Assembly (NCBI RefSeq): GCF_009914755.1
Contig: NC_060931.1
Source: the human T2T-CHM13v2.0 reference genome, Homo sapiens
Direction: 5' to 3' (one strand)
Length of the DNA stretch: 64,000 nt
The notes below the pieces were generated by a model. The model was given only the letters and a program-made list of their open reading frames with translations. It was not told where the DNA came from and ran no database searches. The translations under genes were made by a program, and so were the position numbers. Of the stretch, positions 1-13,605 are shown one piece after another (positions within the stretch are counted from its first letter, which is position 1; every line of letters begins with the position of its first letter).

Positions 1-1621
1 GTTTTCACTTTGCAGCCTGAATCCTACTCTGCTTCAGGTAAGATAACTGGGCGGGAGCCTGACAGTTTAAGAGACCCAAATAGAACTAATCTCCAAGCGG
101 GCACGTAAGAACAGCTCACAGCATGGCTGCCCCGGCTCCTTCTCACCTGGGATTTCTCCTGGAGCATTCCCGACGTCCACACACCACATTTCCTCCGCTC
201 TGTCTGCTGCAGAGCCTGCTCCAGGGTGAACACAGGCTGTCCTGAATCAGCCGCTGACGCCTCCCCCGGCATCTCCACGTGCAGCCCCTGCCCTGCGCGA
301 CTGGCGTGGAAAGGGCTCTGGTGCGTCTCACACTCTGCTATCATCAGCCTCCTTCCTGCTCCAGTTCTTAAGTTCTTGTCTTTTCTGTTGTCTGCATTTA
401 ATTTAAATTTCTATGAATCGCCGCGAGACGACCCTGTGAGTACGCACTCCATGTGCATGTGCTTCTCCACGGAGGGAGCTGCCTGGGTGGCCGCCCTGCT
501 GATCCTCTGCATCCAGCCTCTGGTAGGATGGGGGCGACCACATCAGATACCACCTCTGTGGAAGGGTCTGTGTCTCCTCCCCTGCCCCCCAGTCACAGCT
601 TTGGGGGAGATTTCAGAGATTTCAGGGCCTTCCCTGAAGCCTTTCCTGGAAGGTGGATTCTCTTGCTTTTTCAGCAACCACCAGCCGTTGGCTCTGCTGG
701 AATGGCATCCAGGGTTTTCCTTGTTGCTTCTGTATCTGTTTGTTTTGGCCTATTTGTTGTTCATATTGTTAAGCTTTAGGGAGGAACGTTTGGGGATCTG
801 GTTTCACAAGGTCCCAGGAAGCCAGAAGTCTCCTGCAGCCACGCGAGGTCTGTCCACGAGGCCTGAACTGCGTGGTCGTGCTGGGTAGACACACCGGCTA
901 GGAGACGAATGTGGAAGAGTTGATTTCAACTAAAGGATCCAGAGTGGGGTGAGGGAGGTGCAGCGTCGGTACAGGGAGGCAGGAAGCAGGAGCAGGACGG
1001 GTTGAGGCAGCAGCACCAGCAACGCCTGTGAAACCCCTCGTGCATGTCCCCGTGAGGACCCCTGATGCCTCTGCTGCCTGATGCTGCAAACGTCTCTTGA
1101 GTGAGAGCTCAGTTTCCAAATGGAGTGACAAGGAGCAGAACTTCTAGACACCGGAAGTGGAAGGTTGCTCAAGGCAGATGCACAAATAAATGACAAATGG
1201 CAGCTTGATAACCAACACAATGCTAAAGGGCCACAGGCACAGGCCACAGAGAAGGGCCATGGGAGCAGGCAGGCCACGCAGGACACGGAGAAGAGCCAGG
1301 GAAGCAGGTGGCCCATGCAGGGCACAGAGCCACCCTTCCGGGCAGGGCAAGCGGCCTCTCATCCCACGTCACAACCCGCAGCTGCTGCTGTGCTGCAGGG
1401 AAGAGTGACATCACAGACACCCCTCAGAGCCCCTGGGAAAAGCCTAAAGGAGGCTCTGGAGGCTCCACCAAAGACCGTCGGCACCAACGGCTGGCATGTT
1501 CCTTGGGAAATTAGAGGAGGGCGTGTCTGCCAAAGGTGGATTTATAACAAGAGCCCAAGAGTGGGACTCACTCTTCCCGGGGATCCCACCTGCTCCCACT
1601 CCTCACCAGGGAGCAGCATGG

Positions 1622-2085
1622 CTGTGTCCATGTGTCCCTGTGTGTACATGTATATATGCATGTGTTTGTGTGTCCTTGTGTCCCGGGTGTACAGGTATGT
1701 GTGTTTGTGTGTCCATGTGTCCATGAGTACACATATGTGCATGTGTTTGTGTCCATGTGTCTCTGGTATACACGTATTTGTCCACGTGTCCCTTTGTGTA
1801 CACATATGTGAATGTGTTTGTGTGTCCATGTGTCCCTGGTGTACATGTATGTGCGTTTGTGTGTCCATGTGTCCATGAGTACACATATGTGCATGTGTTT
1901 CTGTGTCCATGTGTCTCTGGTATACACATATGTATTTGTCCACGTGTCCCTTTGTGTACACATATGTGAATGTGTTTGTGTGTCCATGTGTCCCTGGTGT
2001 ACATGTATGTGCGTTTGTGTGTACGTGTGTGCATGCACATATTTGTGTGTATGTGCGTGCACGTCTGTGTGCATATTCTGCACAT
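1622..2085. repeat. TG-rich minisatellite, ~38-bp monomer with ~152-158-bp higher-order duplication
   Basis: GTGTTTGTGTGTCCATGTGTCC... recurs; CCATGAGTAC at 1721 and 1873. Confidence 0.85.
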
Positions 2086-4179
2086 GAGAACCAGAACGCC
2101 TGCATGCCTAGCAGACAAGATGCCTGCTGCCTCTCTGTGGGGTTTGGAGAAGCACATCAGTACAGTCACCAGGCTGCCTAAAACACGACAAAGCAAAGCC
2201 AATTAGCAATGCTGAGGACTCTCAGGCCAGGATGCCGCCCTAGGCTGCCTTCCCAAGTCAGCTAGCTTGACAAAAGCTTTCATATCAGTGCCTGCAAAAA
2301 CACCTTCTCAGCACACAGCTCAAATGTTATTAAATAATTCCATGGGGAAATAAGACTTTATACACAAAAGTTTGCTTTATAAATAATTTGTCAGTAATGT
2401 ATAGTAATGCATGCATTCATAAATCATGGTTAACAGAAGCAGAGACACAACCGGATACGACTTTTTCAGAAGGCCTAGAAAAAGAGTCTATTTGAATAAA
2501 GCCCAGAGGGCCTATAGAATCCAAAGTATGCACTCCCACAATACCCCAAAACAAAAGCAAAACAACCATGACATTTATCCTACGGACATTCTAATGCTGA
2601 TAGTAAGGTTAAAATCCCCGTCCACATAACACACCCACACACAAACACAAACTGGCTGTTGCCACTAGCGCTCCGTGGGGCTGAAGATGGCAAGACCCCA
2701 AGCCTCAGGCTGGCATTTCCAGAAAACACCCTCGCTGCCACGCCTACACAAGGGGAAGACTGGCAGAGACGGCTCCTTCCTCCTGACCCAGAAGCCAGGA
2801 GAGAAAGCTGATCAGTCGCACAGGCCGGGACCCAGCATGCCCTGCCACTCTGGCAGGTCCTCAGGCAGGAGTGTGAGCTCCTAATGTCTCAGGAGAGACA
2901 GGGGAGGAGAGAGGAGGCAGACGGGCAGGAGGGGGCCTGTCCCTCCAGGGTCAGCTCAGCCCTCAGAGCCACTTGTAGGAGGTCTGGGCACAATAGATAC
3001 AGTGACTCCTCTGAGAAGCTGCACTGTGATGGGACCTGGGGTATCCAGCAAGGGGGGCGTGAGGCTCCGACTGGCTGAGTCTGTGTCAGCGTCAGCAACA
3101 GTGCCCATCCCGAGCTCTTTCCCAGCGCACCCCAGGACATGGTGGAAGGTGGAAGACCCTGCCTACGGGCAGCTCAGAGAGCAGGTGGCAGAGGCCAGGG
3201 TCGGCCTGCATGCAGACAAGCAGGCCGGGCAGCGGGAAGAGGCTCCCGGAAAGATGGGAGCACCAGGCCACATGGAGCTTGGACAGGGCAAGGAGTCAGT
3301 GGGAGGGAGGTAACAACGGCCCCTGAGAAATAATAAAGCACACGAACTTGTGAGACACAATCCCTTCCCCAGATTCCCAACTGTGTGATCCTGGCAGGGA
3401 CCCAGCCCAAGCCTCAGGGGCTCACAGGCAGCGATGGGCCAAGGAAGGGCTTCAGGGCCCAGCGACTCCCTGCAAACTGAGCCCTGTCCTGCACAGGTGA
3501 GAAGGGAAGGGATGGCTCCCCTGCCAGTTAGAGACAGAGGCTTGGTGCCTGGGGGACTCCAGCCACCCATCCTGAGCCAGAATGTGGACGTCCACTCCAT
3601 AGAGCACACGAAGAGGATAAAACAGCAGGGTGCACTCCGGGACCGCAGGCTCCCCCCAGCACACATGGGTCCCTGTCTGGGCATGCACACCGCCAGGACA
3701 CAGCAGCTCTGTGGAAGACGCCATGCAGAAGCCTCTTCAGGGCACCGCCATGAGCCACCCTCAGAACCTGAGCTCCAGGCACTACGGACGATTTTAGGAA
3801 ACCTGTGTCTGTTGCATTTCGAATATTCTGACGGGGCTTCCCGTTATTTCAGGAGAAGCTAATTCCCCACACAGTTAGTGCTCAGGAGGGAGGAATCTAG
3901 GAGCTCACTTGGCCCTAAAGCCCGTGGTGGCTGCGCCGTACTTCTGCCCCTCCTCCTGCGGTGACTGTGACAACAGGAGGGGCCACAGCCGCCCTGAGCC
4001 CCTGGTTCCCAGGTGCTGGTGGCTGCAGCACGGAGGCCACCTACGGTTCCTAGAGCACGAAGAGCTCCTACGTCCAGCAGGGGATGTTAAGGGTCACACC
4101 CTCGAGGCCACAGTGACTGCCCCAAAGTCTGAGGCCTCCCCGGTTCACTCCTGCCTCCCTCCCCTGCTTTCCTGATGTA

Positions 4180-5416
4180 AACACAGACACAAGCATACAC
4201 ACTTGCATGGACACACAGGCACTCACACTCACAGATGCACACTGCAACACATATACACACATTCACACACACTGCACACACATTCACACACTGCACACAC
4301 ATTCACACACACTGCACACATATTCACACACACTGCAAACATTCACACTGCACACACATACACACATTCACACACACTGCACACACATACATACATTCAC
4401 ACACATACACACATTCACACACACTGCACATGCAGATTCACACACTGCAAACATTCACGCTGCACACACATACATGCACACACACTGCACACACACATTC
4501 ACACACTGCACACATACACACATTCACACACTGCACACACTACACACACATTCACACACAGCACACACATTCACACACATTCACACACACTGCACACACA
4601 CATACATTCACACTGCAAACATTCACTGCACACACTGACACACTGCACGCACATTCACACATACACACATTCACACACACTGCACAGATTCACACACATT
4701 GCGCACACATACATTCACACACTGCACATATACACACACTGCACACACACATTCACACACACTACACATACACATTCACACACTACACACATTCACACTG
4801 CACACATTCACACACTACACACACATACATACATTCACACACATTCACACACTGCACACACATACATTCACACACACTGCAAACATTCACACTGCACACA
4901 CACTCACACACTGCACACACACATTCACACACATACACACATTCACACACTGCACACATAGATTCACACACATTGCACACACACATTCACACACAGTGCA
5001 CACATACATATTCACAAAATGCACATATACATTCACATTGCACACACACATCACACACACCACACACATTCACACACTGCACACACATATACACATATAC
5101 ACACATTCACACACTGCACACAGTCACATTCACACACACTGCACACACATTCACACACACTGCACATGCGGTACCTGTGTGCACCCGCATGTGCCTACTG
5201 TATGCATGCATTTACACACTTGTGCATGCACTGCACGTGTTGCACTCACAGTCACATGTGCACACCGTGTGTGGGTGTACACACAGCTGTACCTACTGCA
5301 CATGTACATGTGTACACATATGAGCACACACATGCACACTGTACACACACGTGCACATCCACATTCATCCACAATGCACAAACACATGCACACACACACA
5401 CAGGCACACACACACA
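4180..5416. repeat. CA-rich low-complexity array (CACACATTCACACACTGCA variants)
   Basis: About 1.2 kb of interleaved CACA/ATTC/CTG motifs; source of the His/Thr-rich pseudo-ORFs. Confidence 0.95.
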
Positions 5417-7261
5417 GCCATCTTCTCCCGACCGCATCCCACAGGAGGGGCTTCCTCACCCCATGCTGCCTGGGTTTGGGGCAGGCCCATCAGCATCTGC
5501 TCAGCTTGCTCTGGAGGACTTTGCCCCACCGTTGTTTGTGTATTTCCCATCGCTCTGCCACAGAGCCTCTGGGTGCTGGGTGAGGGTCTACTTCCAAATT
5601 CCTCTCCCGGGCATTCCAGCTCCTGGCTTCTGTGGCCTGCTGGCTAAGGGGAAGGCACAGCCATGGGTGGGCGCCCAGCACCTCAACGGCCCTTTTCCCA
5701 CCAGGGACCCCTCCAAAGCACCCGTGGCACCTGGGGAGAACCTCCTGCCAGTTGTGGACACCTCCCTGCATGGGACACTGAGTGAGAGGCACTTGAAAAT
5801 GTGAAAGCAAGGCTGCAATGACGGCCGAGCCAGAGAGCAGCACCTCCCTAGCACACCCTGCACCCAGCGGAGGTGGCTGAACACCCGCGTCACTCAGCAA
5901 ACTCCACGGTGATGTGGGCCAGCTGACCAACTTCATCTAGAGCCACTGGGCTCCCTAAATTCAAGTCCAACTCTACCCCTGCCACTCTCACGCTTCCCAC
6001 CTTCATCTTCCAGTGCAGGACTTTGGAGCGGCAAACGGTTATTATTTAGAAGGAGGTCACATGGTGAAAGTCCAAGCCTCCTCACCTTCTAGTCAAGGCT
6101 TGCTGATAACATTGTCCCTAACGAACAGCCGCAGCAGCGCGTCAGGCAGAATGAGCCTCTGTTTAGAGTTGGTAACGACCGCCTGAAAATGTCGTGGTAG
6201 AAATAAAACCATGCAATTCAGTAGGGGAAATAAAATACATATCCAGATGGAACTGCACTGAGACGCTGGCACACTGACATCTCAAGTTAGACAATCATTT
6301 ACCACTCAAAGCACCGTGGAGTGAAGGTAGCTTCCCAGGGCAGTTTGCTGAGCTCTTCCTGCGTGCTGGACACACACGGTCCAAAGATCGTGCTGAGCTC
6401 TTCCTACATGCTGGACACACACAGCCTGAAGTTCACCGCCTAAGCCACACTCCTGTCCATACGACAGATCGCCATGGGCCACACGTGACATGTGCATGGG
6501 TACCTGCAGCAGCCGGTGGCAGCAGGTGACAGTGGGGACCATCGAGATGGCCCTTGCAACAGTCTAGGAAGAGACTCACTGCCCCAGATTCACCTCGAGA
6601 CTCCAGATGGTCTCAGGTCCCTTGCGGGGACCAAAGGCCGGGAGCCGGGAGCCGTGGGCTCTCTCCTAATGCTCTTCCTCCATGCCCAGGCTCCAGGACT
6701 GCCTCAAGTGTGCACTGAAAACTGCCCCATTCCGAAAAGCCAGCTTGCACCTTCTTGTTCCTGGTAGGGTTCCAGAACAGCGATGCTGCTTCTCACGTGG
6801 GGTCCCTGGTCCTTGCTGGCACTTTCCTTGATGCCCGGGAGGAGCTGTCCCATGGAGTTTTGGGGTCCTCCTCCTCTTCCCTCCCTTTTCTGCCTTTACA
6901 CGAAGAGCCCCCTGACCCTCACCTGCTAGAGCAGTCGAGGTCCGCCTGTTCACAACAGCCCTCCTGGCCATGGGCTCTCCTACTCCAGGCCCCACAGCCC
7001 CCAAGCCTGGTGACATTCCCCCAGGTCACTTTCTATCTGCTCCAGGTAGGCTACCTCCCAGCCCCCAAGGTAGTGCATGCTTCGTATGTGTTCCGCAGGC
7101 CCCTGGCCCGGTGGAGCAGTGACTTGCTCAGAAACTAGCAAGGCCTCTCGGTAGTGGCCTCCCACTGACCTGGCTCCCCACCTGCCATCCACTATGCTCC
7201 TGGTGCTGGAAACACCCCCATGTGGCTCAGAGTGGTCCCCAGAGGCCCCTGACACAGACAC

Positions 7262-7480
7262 GAGCACATACCTGCAGGCACACACCTGCAGGGGCACACT
7301 TGTGGATGCACACCTGCAGGCAGGTACATACCTATGGGCACATACTTGCAGGTAGGCACCCACCTGCGGGCACACACCTGTGGGCACACACCTGTGGGCA
7401 CACCTGCAGGCAGGTACACACCGACGGGACACACCTGGAGGTAGGCACCCACCTGCAGGCACCCACCCACAGGTGCATAT
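7262..7480. repeat. Short degenerate tandem repeat (CACACCTGCAGG/CACACCTGTGGG)
   Basis: Repeated ACACCTG cores. Confidence 0.75.
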
Positions 7481-7978
7481 ATCCCCCCATGTCCACCCTC
7501 TGCACAGCCCCCTTGCCAGGCTGCCCTCTGCACATTTCTGTTTGGTCCCAGACTCTGGGTGAAGGGATCACCTGGTGCCATCATCAGTCTATCACCAGCC
7601 CTCAGAGAAGTGCCTCAGCAGGAGGCCTGGCAGAAATGTGTGAGGCTGCCCAGCAGCACAGCCCCGGGTACACAGCGTGGCATTTGATGAGTACAGCTGG
7701 AAATGAATGAGCAGAGGCACCATGAGGACATGGTCCAGGCACACATCAAAGGCGGTGGCCAGAGGCCGCCTGGCTCCCCATCAGCAGGAGCTTCAGCCCT
7801 GCCTTTGGGTGGAGGCCCACAGAGCCCCGCCATGGAACACAGAATCAGAGTCTGCGTGGGGGCTGCGTCCACCCCATCTGTTTGCCCAGCTTCTCTCTCT
7901 AGCATGCTCAGACCCCACAGAGGCGCAGGGCTCCTTCGCCTCCCCAGGGGTTGGGGACCCCTGGTCTGGAGGACCAGT

Positions 7979-8517
7979 GGGGACAGTGTCTGCTGCGGTG
8001 TGATGTCTGGCAGTGAGGCTGGGGACGGTGTCTGCTGTGGTGTATTGTCTGGCAGTGAGGCTGGAGACGGTGTCTGCTGCAGGGTATTGTCTGGCAGTGA
8101 GGCTGGGGACGGTGTCTGCTGCGGGGTATTGTCTGGCAGTGAAGCTGGGGACAGTGTCTGCTGCAGTGTGATGTCTGGCAGTGAGGCTGGGGACGGCGTC
8201 TGCTGCGGGGTATTGTCTGGCAGTGAGGCTGGGGACGGCGTCTGCTGCGGGGTATTGTCTGGCAGTGAGGCTGGGGACGGCGTCTTCTGTGGGGTATTGT
8301 CGGGCAGTGAGGCTGGGGACGGCGTCTGCTGCGGGGTATTGTCTGGCAGTGAGGCTGGGGACGGTGTCTGCTGCGGGGTATTGTCTGGCAGTGAGGCTGG
8401 GGATGGTGTCTGCTGCGGGGTGTTGTCTGGCAGTGAAGCTGGGGACGGTGTCCGCTGCGGTGTGATGTCTGGCAGTGAGGCTGGGGACGGTGTCTGCTGC
8501 GGTGTGATGTCTGGCAG
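7979..8517. repeat. 42-bp VNTR, ~13 copies
   Basis: Unit GGGGACGGTGTCTGCTGCGGGGTATTGTCTGGCAGTGAGGCT; appears as the 14-aa repeat GDGVCCGVLSGSEA in the ORF track. Confidence 0.95.
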
Positions 8518-10169
8518 AAAGAGCCGGGGCCAGTGTGGCTGTGAGCATCAGGCCTGAATTCCGTGAACTGAGGAACAGCCTGACAGAGGGACCCAGCAGC
8601 AGCGGCCTCAGGACAGGCACAACGGCCACTTCCCGGCTTAACCTGGGCAGAGAGACGAGAGCCACTTCCCGGCTTTAACCTGGGCAGAGAGATGAGAGTT
8701 CTGTAATTTTTGAAGATTGAATTCAGTCTGATAAATAATTCAAAGTACATTGCCTGACCCCATTAAAAAATGGAGTTCAAATATGCCAAATTTTTAAAAC
8801 TTCATCCATTGGCTGCACAAACAGGAAAGTGGGCTCCAGTGGCCCTGGCTGGTGGTTCAGATGCCGCTGTGGGGCCGGCCTTCAGGGGTGGTGGGGTGGC
8901 CCAGCTGCCTCCACCCCAGCTCCCTCCCACGTCTGCATCCAAGATGTCTGGCTTCCACTTTCCGTGTCACTAAAGGGCGGGGAAGCTGCAGGGGAGGTGC
9001 CTCATCTGCAGCGTCCTGTCCAGTGACTGGCACCTCAGACAGCCCCACACCCGCGGCAGGTCCCGCCTGGCACTCGGGAAGCTCTTGCATTTAAGAGATC
9101 TAGAAATGTTGACACTTTGCGTGGAATTTTAAAAGCTGCTTAATCAGGAAGGAGCCAGTCAGGAAAAGGGACCTGCCAACCTGCTTGTTAGCCGAGCAGC
9201 GAGGCACTGTGAGCACACGGGATGATGGGTGCTGGGTGCTGGAGTTGACCGGCTGGCCCGGCAGAGCTGGTTCCCGCGGGGACCCCGGGGGCGTGGTGCT
9301 CACAGCAACCCTGTTAGAAAGGACACTGGGGAGGGTGTGTGCTCTCTCCATCTGGAGCCGCCTGGAAGCCAGGGAGCATGTTTTTGTGTGAGTGTTGATT
9401 GTGGACAACGCCCAGACCCTGCCTGCAGCACAGAGGAATTCCAGGTGTCAAAGCGATAGGAATTCAGGGAGATGATGGACGTGGGCTCCACACCCCACCT
9501 TCCACCTCAAGGAGGTGGCAGTGGGAACCCTTACACGGGGGTGACTGAGCATCTGAGCGGGATCACCGTGGCCTGGGGGCCTGCCCCTCGCCCCTGAGAG
9601 CTCCTGGTTAGAGCCATTGTGGGCACAGCCTAAGCTTCTGCAGGCCTTCTCTCTCACCTCTCTCATATCCTTCCATCATTTAAGTAGATTAAACTCAGAA
9701 ACATTTTTAGTGCTGTGTACAAACCAAGGGCAGCAAAAAACCCAACCTCTATGCCAGGCTGAGCTTCTGTTCTTCCTGACTCTACAGCAAGAGCTCTGGG
9801 CATCTCTCCACGTGACCAGCTGTGACCACGGACTTAGGAACACTGTTTCCTACCTCCTTCACCTCACCTCCCTGCCACCTCCAGCCCGTAATTTAGAGAG
9901 AAGCTGATGCAGTTGACTCTTCCCAGCTTGCCATTTAAACGCACACTGGGTTATGTGCACAGAGATGCTGCCCCAGTGACTGTATTTGGGTAACTGTTTC
10001 ACCCTCGTGGTGTGACAGCCCATTTGAGCGCTCTTCAAGGCACGAGATCCTCAGCACCGTCAACAAGTCTGTGTCTCACCTGCAATCACAGCTCATTGAG
10101 CCGCCAGCTAATTAGAGAGCCCCTAAGTGAATCAGTGACACAATGCCGCCTGCAAAAGCATCAGAGCCG

Positions 10170-10922
10170 CGGCCGCACGCACACAGAGCGGGGTGTGAGA
10201 TATCCCAGCCGCACACACACAGAGCGGGGTGTGAAATATCCCAGCCCAGACGCGTGCACACGGGGCGGGTGTGAAATATCCCAGCCGCACGCACACAGGG
10301 CGGGTGTGAAACATCCCAGCCGCACGCACACAGAGTGGGGTGTGAAATATCCCAGCCGCACGCACACAGGGCGAGTGTGTAATATCCCAGCCGCATGCAC
10401 ACAGGGCAGGTGTGAAATATCCCAGCTGCACACACACAGGGTGGGTGTGAAATATCCCAGCCCAGCCACAAACAGGGCGGGTGTGAAATATCCCAGCCGC
10501 ACGCACACAGGGCGGGTGTGTAATATCCCAGCCGCACGCACACAGGGCGGGTGTGAAATATCCCAGCCGCAGGCACACAGGGCGGGTGTGAAATATCCCA
10601 GCCGCACACACACAGGGCGGGTGTGAAATATCCCAGCCGTGTGCACACAGAGAGGGTGTGAAATATCCCAGCCCAGCCGCACACAGAGAGGGTGTGAAAT
10701 ATCCCAGCCCAGCCGCACACAGGGCGGGTGTGAAATATCCCAGCCCAGCCGCACACAGGGCGGGTGTGAAATATCCCAGCCGCACGCACACAGGGCGGGT
10801 GTGAAATATCCCAGCCGCACGCACACAGGGCGGGTGTGAAATATCCCAGCCGCACGCACACAGAGTGGGGTGTGAAATATCCCAGCCGCGTGCACACAGG
10901 GCGGGTGTGAAATATCGCAGCC
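10170..10922. repeat. ~35-bp VNTR, ~21 copies
   Basis: Unit CCCAGCCGCACGCACACAGGGCGGGTGTGAAATAT with minor variants. Confidence 0.95.
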
Positions 10923-11685
10923 ACATTGTTGTTGAAAGCCGTTGCCGGGCCTGAAAATCGCAGCTTTTTGAACGCACACACTGAACCTCCCCGGCTTTGT
11001 TTTCTAGGAAGGACGTGGCGGCTGCTGCCCAACTTTGAACGGAGGAGCACAGGAGGAGCTCCAAGGCCCCTCAGGAGTCGCCACTGTTGCCTCCGGTCAC
11101 CCCCACCTTCTGTTGGAGTGGCCTTCAGGGAAAATGCCCCAAAGGGGCCTCCTAGGAGCCCCTGCCCGACCCCGCCCCAGATGCTCCCTCCCATCGCCAA
11201 ACCTCGTCTCCTCATCTATGGAAGGAGAACAAGGAGACGGCCCTCACCTAGCAGTGTAACCCTGAATGCCAAGGCCATGCCTGGTGCAGAAAGGCCCAAA
11301 CACCAGCCTCAGGAGGCGCGGCCATCCCCGTCATCACACCTGGTTTCTGCTTTGACCTTTGCTGCCAATAAATGTGAGCAGCTGCCATCCTGTGCCCAGT
11401 CCCCGGGGCATACCTGCAGCCCAGGCTGGCTGTCTTTGCTTCCCAGACACCTGGGAAGTCTGGGCTCTGGGGAAGACATTCTGCAGCTCTAATTTTAAAA
11501 CTATTTGGCATTTTCAAATCCAGTTTTCAAGTCCCTGGGGTGGGTAAAGGATGCTTCAAGAAGAAAGTGCTCTGAGCCAGAGTAGGAACAATGGTGAAGG
11601 GTCCAGGATGGCACAGGACGGGAGCCTGCCAGGTGGTTCTGCCAGGGCCCAGGAGGACAGCAAAGTCAGCTGCCGGCTGGGACCA

Positions 11686-11967
11686 AGAGACAGAAACAGA
11701 GAGACAGAGACAGAGGGAGACAGAGACAGAGGAACAGAGACAGAGAGAGAGACAAAGGGAGCAGGAGAGGGACAGAGACAGAGATAGAAAGAGACAGAGG
11801 GATAGGGAGTCGGAGACACAGAGACAGAGAGAGACAGAAAGAGACAGAGAGAGACAGAGAGACAGAGACATAGAGACAGAGAAACAGAGAGACAGAGATA
11901 GAGAGACACAGGGAGACAGAGAGAAAGAATCAGAGACAGAGATAGCCAGAGAACAGCAGAGACAGAG
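11686..11967. repeat. (GAGACA)n purine-rich simple repeat
   Basis: GAGACAGAGA... tract of ~280 bp. Confidence 0.9.
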
Positions 11968-12714
11968 TCCCAGCAGTTGCCCGTCCACTCTCTGCCTGAC
12001 CTGCAATCTGCCTCTTCTGACCTTGGATGTGCCCCAACCAGAGCTTTTGCAGGAGGGGCTGCTCACTGTGGAGGGGAGCCCAGAGCTGGACCATCAGGAG
12101 ACCCAGGACAGACGCCCCACAGCAAAAGCCAGGACACCTGAACTGGTCAGGCCAGCAGTGACTCAGGGCCTGGAGAGCCCCGTGGGCAGAGGCTGCCTGG
12201 AAGGCTCCACCGGCCAAGGGCAGGTCAGCAAGGCAAGTCATGGCCAGAAGGCAGAAGGGCCAGCACAAAGGCCAGCTTTATAGGTGCAGAGCGGGAGCCA
12301 GGCGGGGGCACTGGGAGCACAGGCATGGTTCTCGGGGTGAGGACGCCTCCTTGGCCCCACTCCATGTCACTGGTGACTGGTCAACAAGGTGCAAGCTGCT
12401 ACCTTCACAGAGGGTGATCCTACCGGAGACAGATGAGCCTCACTCACTGGCCATAACGTGCCCCCGACCCCCTGGCTCCCTCTGCCTATGACCAGGCCAG
12501 GCCCCCTGCAGTGGGTGCTGCTATCACAATTGAGGGCTGAACACCCCAGGGGAAACTGAGTCCTTTCAGGGCAGTAATAAGGGAAGGTTTCGACCACTGT
12601 TAGCTGCAGAAGGGCCAACCCCTTTACCTGGCTGTCCCTCTCCCTGGGAGCTTGCTGGGCCACCCCTCTACTGGGCTGCCCCTCTCCCTGGGGTGCCTTC
12701 TCTACCTGAGCCGT

Positions 12715-13605
12715 CTTCTCCACCTGGACCACCCCCTCCACCTGGGCCGCCCCCCACCTGGACCGCCCCCTCCACCTGGACCGCCCCCCCCACCTGGACC
12801 GCCCCCTCCACCTGGACCGCCCCCTCCACCTGGGCCTCCCCCCAACCTGGGCCACCCCCTCCACCTGGACGACCCCCCACCTGGACCACCTCCTCCACCT
12901 GGACCACCCCCCACCTGGACCGCCCCCCCCACCTGGACCACCTCCTCCACCTGGGCCGCCCCCCCCACCTGGGCCTCCCCCTCCACCTGGACCGCCCCCT
13001 CCACCTGGACCGCCCCCTCCACCTGGGCCTCCCCCCAACCTGGGCCACCCCCTCCACCTGGACGACCCCCTCCACCTGGGCTGCCCCCTCCACCTGGACC
13101 ACCCCCCACCTGGGCCACCCCCTCCACCTGGACCACCCCCCACCTGGACCACCTCCTCCACCTGGACCGCCCCCTCCACCTGGACCGCCCCCCCCACCTG
13201 GGCCTCCCCCTCCACCTGGACCACCCCCCACCTGGACCACCTCCTCCACCTGGGCCGCCCCCTCCACCTGGACCGCCCCCTCCACCTGGACCACCCCCCC
13301 ACCTGGGCCTCCCCCTCCACCTGGACCACCCCTCCACCTGGACCACCCCTCCACCTGGACCACCCCTCCACCTGGACCGCCCCCTCTACCTGGACCACCC
13401 CGTCCACCTGGACCGCCCCCCCACCTGGACCACCCCCCCACCTGGACCACCCCCTCCACCTGGGCCTCCCCATCCACCTGGACCACCCCTCCACCTGGAC
13501 GGCCCCCTCCACCTGGGCCTCCCCCCAACCTGGGCCACCCCCTCCACCTGGACGACCCCCTCCACCTGGGCTGCCCCCTCCACCTGGACCACCCCCTCCA
13601 CCTGG
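12715..13605. repeat. C-rich ~16-19-bp VNTR, ~50 copies
   Basis: Unit CCACCTGGACC(A/G)CCCCC(T) and CCACCTGGGCC variants. Confidence 0.95.

Noticed and set aside
4203-5804. His/Thr-rich ORFs up to 362 aa (also at 1542-2202 and 62100-62811)
   Set aside because: Translations of (CA)n-like low-complexity DNA.
6841-6861. RE1/REST-like site GGAGCTGTCCATGGAG (and split half sites at 17582-17618)
   Set aside because: Only one half matches well; the GTGCTGAA half is lost or the spacing is too long. Cannot be supported without ChIP data.
7703-8557. Cys-Cys repeat ORF resembling keratin-associated or metallothionein-like proteins
   Set aside because: A 42-bp VNTR whose unit is a multiple of three; no splice or promoter context.
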